Assembly: GCA_041659405.1 (NCBI GenBank)
Contig: JBAZYK010000009.1
Span: forward strand, 1-32,000
From: Candidatus Altimarinota bacterium
GTDB taxonomy: Bacteria; Patescibacteriota; Gracilibacteria; UBA1369
DNA length: 32,000 bases
Direction: 5' to 3'
A model generated the notes under the pieces. It did no database searches and had not been told where the DNA came from. It worked only from the letters and a program-made list of their open reading frames with translations. Position 1 is the stretch's first letter, and each line of letters starts with the position of its first letter. Below are positions 1 through 7,184 of the stretch, one piece after another. Both the position numbers and the translations under genes were made by a program.

Positions 1-300
1 AAAAGCGATGCGCCGCGGCGGGAACCGTATTTAAGTGATGTGTTTTTATGTGTGGCGGAGCTCTGGCATTGGGCCTTATTACGGTTTGAAGCCCACAAAT
101 TCCCTGAAGCCTGTGAACGGCTTGCCGTAGAGCGATTTGACGACTGGGGGGGGGCGTTGTGGAACATACTTTGGCTGGTCAGAGGCAGTACCGGGGCGAT
201 GGTGTTTGCGGAGGAAGTTTATGTGCGTAAATAACACAGGTATCCTCGTGCATCACTAGATTGTAACTAAATTACCCGAAATCCGGCTCAAAGACAAATT
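1..300. other. GC-rich, structure-prone, non-coding-looking segment. Possibly the tail of an rRNA operon or another structured RNA; identity unresolved.
   Basis: Positions 1-240 are 128/240 = 53% GC by my count, against about 40% in the rest of the window. AGCGATGCG (4-12) and GAACCGT (22-28) resemble the 3'-terminal helices of bacterial 23S rRNA, but the conserved GTACTAAT is missing. GCCGTAGAGCGAT...TGGGGG (124-150) loosely resembles the 5S helix V/IV region, but no C-run is present to pair with the G-run. Local helices include 61-67/178-184 and 211-215/243-247. The only ORF (40-234) is Trp-rich and looks atypical. Confidence 0.3.
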
Positions 301-354
301 TCAGTGGCTCAAAAAAAATCCAAAAAGTTCTCAACCACTCACTATTTTATTAAG

Positions 355-492
355 GTTTTCTGGGGAATTATTTCTTGGCGACGTTGCGAGCGCAGCCAGT
401 CGAGCATCATGATGCGAGACTTTCGTGAGGGCGTACATGCTAGCCCGAACGAACCGGCGAAGCGTTCGCCAAGAAATAATTCCCCAGAAAAC
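355..492 (+). repeat. Conserved-core / variable-arm hairpin element, copy A
   Basis: Perfect 26-bp stem: 356-381 (TTTTCTGGGGAATTATTTCTTGGCGA) pairs with 466-491, plus G355-C492. The stem encloses an ~85-nt GC-rich core shared with 9811-9895 and 18807-18890. The core includes the palindrome GCATCATGATGC (404-415). The element is intergenic, upstream of rny. Confidence 0.85.
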
Positions 493-544
493 TCAATGTA
501 AAAGCTAGTAAGTGGAGACTTAATGTGTACTTATTTTAAATCCA

Positions 545-553
545 TGTTACAAT
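545..553 (+). promoter_or_regulatory. Possible extended -10 promoter element (TGTTACAAT) for rny
   Basis: TG at 545-546 and TACAAT at 548-553 match the TGnTATAAT extended -10 pattern. The element overlaps the first ATG (552), which favours the downstream ATG at 585 as the real rny start. Confidence 0.3.
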
Positions 554-2162
554 GCCCCTCGGGCTTTTGTTAAACAAAAAATCAATGCCAAACGAATTAA
601 TTGACCTTATTATTATTGCCGGCGGATTGGTAGGAGGAGCTATGGTTGGACTATTCCTTTTAAAGCCAAAAGCAGTCGCCGATCTTGAGGCTGTTCAAAG
701 AAAAAGTGAAGAACTTTTAGCTAAAAGTAGTGAAGAGTCGGTAGATGTCCAAAAAAGGGCACAGGCCGATATTGAACTCATGCAAAAAAGAGGAATAGAT
801 CACGAAGAAAAAAGCAAAATCCAGGCTGAAAAAATTGAAAAATTAATCCTTTCCAAAGAAGAACAGCTTAAGGGCAAAGAGCAAAAAAACGCGGAAATAA
901 AAGGCCTTTTAGACCAGGAAGAAGCCGCAATTAAAAATCTCGAAGAGAAAAATAAAGACCTGGAAAAAGAGATGACCCTAAAGTTGGCTCAAAAAACCGG
1001 TTATACTCTTGAAAGTGTTAAAGATGACCTTCTCAACGAGTTTGATCGCGATTTGGAATTGCAAAGGGAAGATCGCCTCCACAAATACGAAGAATATTTA
1101 AAAGAAGAAAAAGAGCATATCGCCAAAAACCTGATCACGCAGGTCATTCAAAGGTATTCAGCCCCAACCTCTGTCGAGAAAAAAAGCTCAACCTTAACAG
1201 TCACCCGTGATGAAATTAAGGGCAAATTGATTGGCGCAAAAGCCGAAAATCTTTTACTTATAGAAGAACTTACCGGCGTTGATATTATCTTTAATGATTC
1301 CCCGGACACCATTATTGTTTCCTGTTTTGATCTGGTAAGACGCCATATTGCGCGCGAAACGATCAGTAAATTAATGAAAGAACGCATAGTCAATCCGGAT
1401 AAAGTTCGTGAAAAATTAAAAGAAGTGGAGTTTGAAACAGATCGAAGTTTGATTAAAATTGGCAGAGACACGGTCAGAATGCTGGGCTTGGAACATCGTC
1501 AATTTCCGCCGGAATTTATGAAAACAATCGGGCGTTTAAAGTTTAGAACAAGTTACGGGCAAAATATTCTTAAGCATTCTTTTGAGGTCGGCTACTTCAC
1601 GCTTATGCTTGGTGGAGAGCTTGGCGTTAATATGGTTGATTGTAAAATTGGCGGATTTTTTCACGATTTGGGAAAAGCGATTGACCAGGAAGTTGGCGGG
1701 TCACATGACGTACTTACTAAAGAAATTATGGAGAAATATACCTTTTCGGAAGACGAAATCCATGCCGCTTGGGCGCATCATGATGCCATTCCACAGCGCA
1801 CTGCCGAAGCCATGTTGGTTAAGGCGGGTGATGCAATTTCCGCCGGTCGTCCGGGTGCACGTCAGGAATCACTCGAAAAATATATTGAACGCATTCAGGC
1901 TATTGAACGCATTTCCAATTCTTATGAAGGTGTAAGTAAATCTTTTGCGATTTCCGCCGGACGTGAGGTTCGTGTAATTGTTGAACCTCAAAGGTTAAAA
2001 GACGACGACCTTCCTTATTTAGCAGAAAACATTGCCGAAGAAATCCAGGCAAACGTGGGGTATCCTGGAAAAATTAAAATAAATGTTATTCGCCGAACCA
2101 AGAATATTGATTATGCTAAAGCCAAAGATGGCTCGGTGGTTTTACCAAAATTTAAAAAATAA
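552..2162 (+). CDS. rny: Ribonuclease Y (N-terminal TM helix, coiled coil, KH domain, HD domain)
   Basis: 536-aa ORF. It has a hydrophobic N-terminus (LIDLIIIAGGLVGGAMVGLFLL) and a long Lys/Glu-rich coiled coil. A KH-like segment (IIVSCFDLVRRHIARETISKL) is followed by the HD motif GGFFHDLGKA...AHHD. The start may instead be ATG 585 (MPNELIDL...), which places the TM helix at the very N-terminus as in characterised RNase Y. Confidence 0.9.
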   Translation: MPLGLLLNKKSMPNELIDLIIIAGGLVGGAMVGLFLLKPKAVADLEAVQRKSEELLAKSSEESVDVQKRAQADIELMQKRGIDHEEKSKIQAEKIEKLILSKEEQLKGKEQKNAEIKGLLDQEEAAIKNLEEKNKDLEKEMTLKLAQKTGYTLESVKDDLLNEFDRDLELQREDRLHKYEEYLKEEKEHIAKNLITQVIQRYSAPTSVEKKSSTLTVTRDEIKGKLIGAKAENLLLIEELTGVDIIFNDSPDTIIVSCFDLVRRHIARETISKLMKERIVNPDKVREKLKEVEFETDRSLIKIGRDTVRMLGLEHRQFPPEFMKTIGRLKFRTSYGQNILKHSFEVGYFTLMLGGELGVNMVDCKIGGFFHDLGKAIDQEVGGSHDVLTKEIMEKYTFSEDEIHAAWAHHDAIPQRTAEAMLVKAGDAISAGRPGARQESLEKYIERIQAIERISNSYEGVSKSFAISAGREVRVIVEPQRLKDDDLPYLAENIAEEIQANVGYPGKIKINVIRRTKNIDYAKAKDGSVVLPKFKK

Positions 2163-2164
2163 TT

Positions 2165-3097
2165 ATGTACGATGTCGCAATTATTGGCTGTGGACCGGCC
2201 GGTTTAATGGCTGCCGTTTATACCTCCCGCGCTCAATTGAAAACGGTTATTTTTGGCGATTATAAAAAAGGTAATCTTTATAAATCTCATGTTATTGCCA
2301 ATTTTTTAGGATTTCCTGACTCGATTACCGGGCCTGAATTAGCCGCTAAAGGAGTGGAGCATGCCAAAAAATTTGGCGCAGAAATTTTAAGCAACGAAAT
2401 TGTTGATATTAACATCAATGAAGATGGGACTTTTACCCTTAAAACTGAGCAGCAAAAAGATTTTCAAACCAAAACGGTTATCATTGCCACCGGCCAAAGT
2501 TATGCTTTGAGTGGCATCAAAAACGAGCAGGAATTAACCGGCAAAGGTGTTTCCTATTGTGTTATTTGTGATGGATTTTTCTTCCGCAATAAAAACGTGG
2601 TGGTTGTTGGCAGTGGCAACTATGCCGCCGAAGAAGCTTTGCAACTGATGAATTATACTAAAAATGTGACTGTTTTAAGCCACGGCAAGGACTTTGCTTT
2701 TTCTCCGGAAATGCAAAAAGAAGTTGAGGCAGCCGGAATCAAAATGCAAAAAACCGCACGCATTAAAGAAATAACTGACTCTTTGGGGAATGCCGTTCCC
2801 CTCAAAGCTGAAAAAATTATTTTTACGGATGGTCCGGAAATGGCTACGGAAGGTGTCTTTATGGCAGTTGGCGTGGCGGGCGCAACAGCTTTTGCCAAAA
2901 AACTTGGAATGGAAATGACCAATAACTACATTAAAGTCGATTTTGAGGGCAAAACCAACATCCCGGGCCTATTTGCGGCCGGTGACTGTACCGGAAGTCC
3001 TGCGCAGGTTGCCTCAAGCGTAGGTGCGGGTTGTAATGCGGCGCTAAGTGCGATAAAATTGCTAAGAGGTTCAAAGGTTTATATTCAATATAACTAA
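2165..3097 (+). CDS. trxB: Thioredoxin-reductase-like FAD-dependent disulfide oxidoreductase (low-Mr TrxR family) with an atypical pyridine-nucleotide site
   Basis: Motifs: FAD GxGxxG (IIGCGPAG), redox CxxC (CVICDG versus E. coli CATCDG), second Rossmann motif (VVGSGNYAAEEA) and C-terminal GLFAAGD. The HRRxxxR NADPH motif is replaced by SHGKDFAF (H173 at 2681-2683). Confidence 0.75.
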   Translation: MYDVAIIGCGPAGLMAAVYTSRAQLKTVIFGDYKKGNLYKSHVIANFLGFPDSITGPELAAKGVEHAKKFGAEILSNEIVDININEDGTFTLKTEQQKDFQTKTVIIATGQSYALSGIKNEQELTGKGVSYCVICDGFFFRNKNVVVVGSGNYAAEEALQLMNYTKNVTVLSHGKDFAFSPEMQKEVEAAGIKMQKTARIKEITDSLGNAVPLKAEKIIFTDGPEMATEGVFMAVGVAGATAFAKKLGMEMTNNYIKVDFEGKTNIPGLFAAGDCTGSPAQVASSVGAGCNAALSAIKLLRGSKVYIQYN

Positions 3098-3102
3098 TTC
3101 CC

Positions 3103-3486
3103 ATGTTTGGATTTGGTAAAAGAAAGAATAAAGACCAGGACAGAAAAAAGTCTAAGCTCGACAAACTTGTAATGGGAGCCATTGTTGGAGGTGCCATCGG
3201 TTCCGTAATCGGCATGACTATCGCTCCCCAAAAAGGCGCGGAAACCCGTGAAATGTTAGCTCAAAAAGGGAAAGATGTATACGCAAAAGGCAAAGAAGTC
3301 GGTGGGCAAATTCAGTCATCATTAGAAGAAAGGCTTGCGGATCGAAAAGAAAAAATGGGCTCCGTTCCAAAAAAAAAAGGTTTTTTTGGTCGTCTAAAAG
3401 ATAAAATTTTCCACAAGAAAATTAAAAATAAACAAATCTCGCTCAACGAAAAAGATTTCAAAAAGATCCCCCACGAAATGGACTAA
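3103..3486 (+). CDS. YtxH-domain small membrane-associated protein
   Basis: 127 aa. A Gly-rich hydrophobic helix (MGAIVGGAIGSVIGMTIAPQKGAETRE) is followed by a charged helical tail, the typical YtxH/general-stress layout. Confidence 0.55.
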   Translation: MFGFGKRKNKDQDRKKSKLDKLVMGAIVGGAIGSVIGMTIAPQKGAETREMLAQKGKDVYAKGKEVGGQIQSSLEERLADRKEKMGSVPKKKGFFGRLKDKIFHKKIKNKQISLNEKDFKKIPHEMD

Positions 3487-3501
3487 GGATTGGGCCCAAG
3501 A

Positions 3502-5385
3502 CTAGATCGCCTTTAATGGAGCCACCGTAGTTTTAACCGGTGTTTTTAGCGTTGAAGCAGGTTGAACATTTGCCGGAACCGATTGTTGAGTGCTTGAAAC
3601 AATAACCTGCTGGGTCTGTTGAGTAGGTGGCGGTATTGGCTTATAAGTGCTGGCAATAGGCTCCTTTTTGGTCTGACCATCCTTGGTTATAAGACGATAC
3701 CAAATATAATTCATTCCCCCACCATGCGGCCCATCCAGGGCTACGCTACGGCCATCATTGGTGCCATAAAACTTAAAGTAAGCATTAGAGCCTTCATCAT
3801 AAGCCTGAATCAAAAGATAGCTGGGAGTATCGTTTAAAAATTTTAAATCATGAGACCCCGGATAAATGGTTGCATCAAGCCCATGGCCTCCAATTTGGGA
3901 ATAATACGTAACTTTCCAGGAATGAGGGGCTCTTTCTATAATTGGCAATCCTGCCCATAAAGCCGCCCGATATAACGTCGTTGAAACCTGACAAATTCCA
4001 CCACCAACCTCAAGCTCTATTTTATTCTGCTTGATAACTTTTTCAGGTAAATATCCGCTTGAATAGTCCACTTGCCCCAAATATTTGTTAAACGAAAACT
4101 GTTCTCCCGGCTTTACCAGCAATCCATTATATTTTTGAATGCCAACGTTTATATTATGCATACGATTTGGCGGAGATCCATAATATGATGTATGTCCGGT
4201 TGCAAGCAATTCTTTAATTCCCAGGTCTTTCAACTCATCGGAAATATTAACTTTGGCCTTGTCTTCATGTACCGGGATTTCAAACCCGCGAATGCCCGTG
4301 TTCAAAGCTAAATTCATGCCGGCAACCAATTTAGCCGATTCAACCGACAAGCCATTTTCGCCCCGACCCTCTATCACAACCTCCCCTTTTTCGTCCTTAT
4401 AAATTTTCACATCTTCGGTGTTTTTATTAATCACAGAAACAACATTTTTCGCCAAAAATGGCCAAATTGCAGATGAATCAAAAGCAATTCGCGGAACAGT
4501 TTTTAATCTAAAATCATTATTTTCTCCCACAATATCTTCTCCCAAAATAACCGGCAAAGACCATCCCAATTTCTTAAATTCCAGGATTTGTTCATCTTCA
4601 AAAACCAACGAATCACTATGTATCAACGGGTCAATTTTATAATTCCGCCCGTCATACTTCAAAGTTATTGGGCTGGTCATCGCAGCCTGAAAACGCCCTT
4701 GCCCAGCGGTTAAAGTAGTGGCCGTTATGCTTGCATTTTCGGGTATTATATTCAATTCAATCACCCCATTTTGTAAATTTTGAGTATATTTTTCCAGCAT
4801 TCTCAAAAGTTCCGGACGATCAAAAACCGTTCCGTTCACCTCCGGCTGAATTTCCAGTTTTTTATTTTTGGAAATTAAACGTGCATTTTTTGCTCGTTGC
4901 CCGGTGATGCCAAATTTTTCTTCAAGAACATTCAAAACCTTTTCGCCATCCATGGCATATGCCAAAGCAAAATGCTCTTCTTTCAAAAATCCTCCAACAA
5001 AAGAAAGTGCTTTAGAAGCGGTAAAATGATAAATCGGCAAATTATTTATTACGCGCTGATTGGCAAAAGTAATCCCCAGTTCTTTAGGTGTTACGGCCAA
5101 CTCTTTTCCCTGGAAACTGAAAACGATTGGAGTTGTTTCATATGTTTCGACCTTCTTGTTTAACAGTGTCACCGCATCATCTGTAGTCAGATAACCCAAA
5201 GCCACAGGACCGGCATAAACCCTTGGGTAAACGCGCTGATCGGAATGCAGATCAACCACTATCAAAATAGAAGACACAGCAATAATTCCGGCAAAATAAA
5301 GACCACCACGAAGCAGCTTTTTTTTTGCTCCGTTTTTCACAGTATTCCACTCGGGAATTTTCGAATTTTTTTTTGGTGAAGTCAT
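3502..5385 (-). CDS. VanW family protein (N-terminal TM anchor, C-terminal Pro/Thr/Gln-rich tail)
   Basis: 627 aa. The VanW-domain signature is GGGICQVSTTLYRAALWAGLPIIERAPHSWKVTYY. There is an N-terminal TM helix (LYFAGIIAVSSILIVV) and a low-complexity C-terminus (PPPTQQTQQ...). Confidence 0.8.
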   Translation of the reverse strand: MTSPKKNSKIPEWNTVKNGAKKKLLRGGLYFAGIIAVSSILIVVDLHSDQRVYPRVYAGPVALGYLTTDDAVTLLNKKVETYETTPIVFSFQGKELAVTPKELGITFANQRVINNLPIYHFTASKALSFVGGFLKEEHFALAYAMDGEKVLNVLEEKFGITGQRAKNARLISKNKKLEIQPEVNGTVFDRPELLRMLEKYTQNLQNGVIELNIIPENASITATTLTAGQGRFQAAMTSPITLKYDGRNYKIDPLIHSDSLVFEDEQILEFKKLGWSLPVILGEDIVGENNDFRLKTVPRIAFDSSAIWPFLAKNVVSVINKNTEDVKIYKDEKGEVVIEGRGENGLSVESAKLVAGMNLALNTGIRGFEIPVHEDKAKVNISDELKDLGIKELLATGHTSYYGSPPNRMHNINVGIQKYNGLLVKPGEQFSFNKYLGQVDYSSGYLPEKVIKQNKIELEVGGGICQVSTTLYRAALWAGLPIIERAPHSWKVTYYSQIGGHGLDATIYPGSHDLKFLNDTPSYLLIQAYDEGSNAYFKFYGTNDGRSVALDGPHGGGMNYIWYRLITKDGQTKKEPIASTYKPIPPPTQQTQQVIVSSTQQSVPANVQPASTLKTPVKTTVAPLKAI

Positions 5386-5398
5386 ATTGCAAATTCCA

Positions 5399-6166
5399 TT
5401 ATGGCAGATCTTTCAGCATTTTAACAGCATCCTCATTGTCCGGAAACATGGCCAGTACCTCCCCTAAAATGTGCTTTGCCTCGGTTACCGTCCCCTGATC
5501 CTGATAAAACTGTGCCAGAGTTAAAAGGTAATTCAGATTTTTTGGATCCATATCTATAGCTTTTTGAAAATGCACTAACGCCTTATCGGTTTCATTCATT
5601 TCATGCAGTATTTGGCCCAGGCTAAAATATCTTCCGGCGCGCCCATGGTCCAATTCAATGGCTTTCTCGTAACAAGATTTCGCTTCCGGCAATTGTTGTT
5701 GATGATAAAGTGTCAGTCCCAAATTGCTATGATAAGAAGCCTCATCGGACTTGGCTGAAACAAGTTTTCGGAAAAGCATTTCCGCTTTTTTATATTGAGC
5801 TTGCTTAAGATAAATCAGCCCAAGTTTGTTATAAGCTTCCAGATTGCTCGGGTCCAAAGAAAGGCTTTGAATAAGCAACTTTTCGGTATCATTCAACTCC
5901 CCTTTTTCCAAAAAAGCTTCAGCGCGTTTAAATAAAGACTTTCCCTTTACCGCATTTTTAGGATTAATGGACTCCGGCGAAGGAATCATCTCTTGCGCTG
6001 TAACTTCATGTTTTTCCTCGGTTATATGATGAAAAAGCTGAGAGAAAACTCGCTTGCGTTTACTAAAAATTTGCCCTGCGGCAAATCCTTTTTCGGTGAT
6101 CTGATAGCGACGAACAAAAATCACCAGCAAAAGTGCAACCCCTATAACAAACAAAAATAATTTCAT
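5399..6166 (-). CDS. TPR-repeat protein with N-terminal membrane anchor
   Basis: 255 aa. N-terminal TM helix (LFLFVIGVALLLVIFV). Repeated 34-aa TPR-like units follow (AYNKLGLIYLKQAQYKKAEMLFRK; YHSNLGLTLYHQQQLPEAKSCYEKAIELD; YFSLGQILHEMNETDKALVHFQKAIDMDP). The start overlaps the holB stop by 4 nt. Confidence 0.75.
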   Translation of the reverse strand: MKLFLFVIGVALLLVIFVRRYQITEKGFAAGQIFSKRKRVFSQLFHHITEEKHEVTAQEMIPSPESINPKNAVKGKSLFKRAEAFLEKGELNDTEKLLIQSLSLDPSNLEAYNKLGLIYLKQAQYKKAEMLFRKLVSAKSDEASYHSNLGLTLYHQQQLPEAKSCYEKAIELDHGRAGRYFSLGQILHEMNETDKALVHFQKAIDMDPKNLNYLLTLAQFYQDQGTVTEAKHILGEVLAMFPDNEDAVKMLKDLP

Positions 6167-7092
6167 AAAGCGAGCATTAAATTTTCCAGAGCCAAACGGG
6201 CATTAATATTTCTTTGGAGCAGATCAGCGGTCTTTTGCAGGTCAAGAATCAGCTTAACCCGTTTTTTTACCAGGCCTTCATCCAATTCATTTTGCGCGGA
6301 AAGTTTTAACAATTCCTGTCGGGCAACTGCCAAAAAAACCTGGAAGAAATCATCATATGGCAGCTCCTCCTTAATCATTGTAGCGACATATAGAAATCTT
6401 TCAACCCGGTCCTCTTTATCCATTAACAAAATAAGTTCTTCATACATTTTTTTATAATTACGAAAAAGTTCATCATTCTCGGCAAGTTGAATGACCTTCC
6501 CCGGCTTTCCCAAGGCCAAAGAAGTTAACGCTTCCAGTTCCTGGGTATTCTTCTCCGGATAACGAATTTTTAAAAAATCAGCAAGTTCAGTGGTCTGTAA
6601 ATTTTGGAATTTCAAAAGCCTCACGCGTGAAATTATCGTTGCCAAAAGCGCTTTAAGGTTACTCGTAGTCAACAAAAAAATCACATTTGGCGGCGGATCT
6701 TCCAGTGTTTTTAAAAGCGCATTTGAAGATTCCAAAGTCATCCTTTCAACATTTTGGATCAAAACAACCTGATACTTACTTTGCGTAGTTGTATTTAAAC
6801 GCATAATCAGCTCGCGAATCTGGTCAATTTTAATCGATTCGCCGTCATCAGTAAGCTCTATTGTGTCAGGGTGATAGCCCTTTTCTATGTGATGACAAAT
6901 CTGACAAACATGACAGAAATTATTTTCGCACTGCAAAATTTTGGCGAGCGTTTTCATCACACTAAACTTACCAACCTGCTGCGGCCCGGAAACAAGATAA
7001 GCGTGCGAAAGATTATTTTGAGCAAGATCCTGCTCCAATTCCGCAAGCTGTTTTTGATGTCCAATGATGTCCCATTTATAACGTAGATTCAT
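6163..7092 (-). CDS. holB: DNA polymerase III subunit delta' (clamp-loader AAA+)
   Basis: 309 aa. Features: N-terminal HAYLVSGPQQVGK (degenerate Walker A), a Cys cluster (CENNFCHVCQICHHI, zinc module), a Walker B-like YQVVLIQNVERM, and SNALLKTLEDPP (sensor-1 region). Confidence 0.75.
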   Translation of the reverse strand: MNLRYKWDIIGHQKQLAELEQDLAQNNLSHAYLVSGPQQVGKFSVMKTLAKILQCENNFCHVCQICHHIEKGYHPDTIELTDDGESIKIDQIRELIMRLNTTTQSKYQVVLIQNVERMTLESSNALLKTLEDPPPNVIFLLTTSNLKALLATIISRVRLLKFQNLQTTELADFLKIRYPEKNTQELEALTSLALGKPGKVIQLAENDELFRNYKKMYEELILLMDKEDRVERFLYVATMIKEELPYDDFFQVFLAVARQELLKLSAQNELDEGLVKKRVKLILDLQKTADLLQRNINARLALENLMLAL

Positions 7093-7184
7093 GTTTTAAA
7101 ACAAAATTATTATTTGGGATAAGCCACTTAAGGCTCGTCTCCACGCACGAAGTGCCTATTTCTACCGCAAGCCCAGCCCCCAGC

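Noticed and set aside
40-234. 64-aa ORF (MFLCVAELWHWALLRF...) at the start of the window
   Set aside because: It is Trp-rich with atypical composition and sits in a GC-rich stretch that looks like structured RNA. There is no recognisable domain. It is more likely a chance ORF.
404-430. CATGATGCGAGAC...CGAA resembles a hammerhead ribozyme core (CUGAUGAG...CGAAAC)
   Set aside because: Two invariant core positions differ (CAUGAUGCG versus CUGAUGAG). The GAAA element is not conserved among the three copies. The three-helix junction cannot be drawn.
304-501. Tracked ORFs 304-501, 9593-9955 and 18651-19076 share the peptide ...CERSQSSIMMRDFREGVH...AKRSP, suggesting a repeated small protein
   Set aside because: The similarity follows nucleotide-level conservation of the hairpin-element core. 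The ORFs have unrelated N-termini, different stops and lengths, and one copy has an indel just upstream. Their termini are translated stem arms, and the 18651 ORF runs antisense into carB. I treat this as a non-coding repeat; the micro-ORF alternative is kept as a low-interest finding.
1775-1786. A fourth occurrence of the 12-nt palindrome GCATCATGATGC found in the repeat cores
   Set aside because: It lies inside rny, where it simply encodes A-H-H-D-A of the HD domain. None of the flanking core sequence or any stem arms are present. I treat it as coincidence.
3490-3499. Perfect 10-nt palindrome TTGGGCCCAA between the convergent ytxH-like and vanW stops
   Set aside because: It is too short and loop-less to form a terminator hairpin, and there is no flanking T-tract on either strand.
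7093-7184. Moderately GC-rich 92-nt spacer between murF and holB, considered as a possible small RNA or another hairpin element
   Set aside because: Only 4-bp local stems are present (AGCC/GGCT and GCAC/GTGC). There is no long inverted repeat and no similarity to the other elements.
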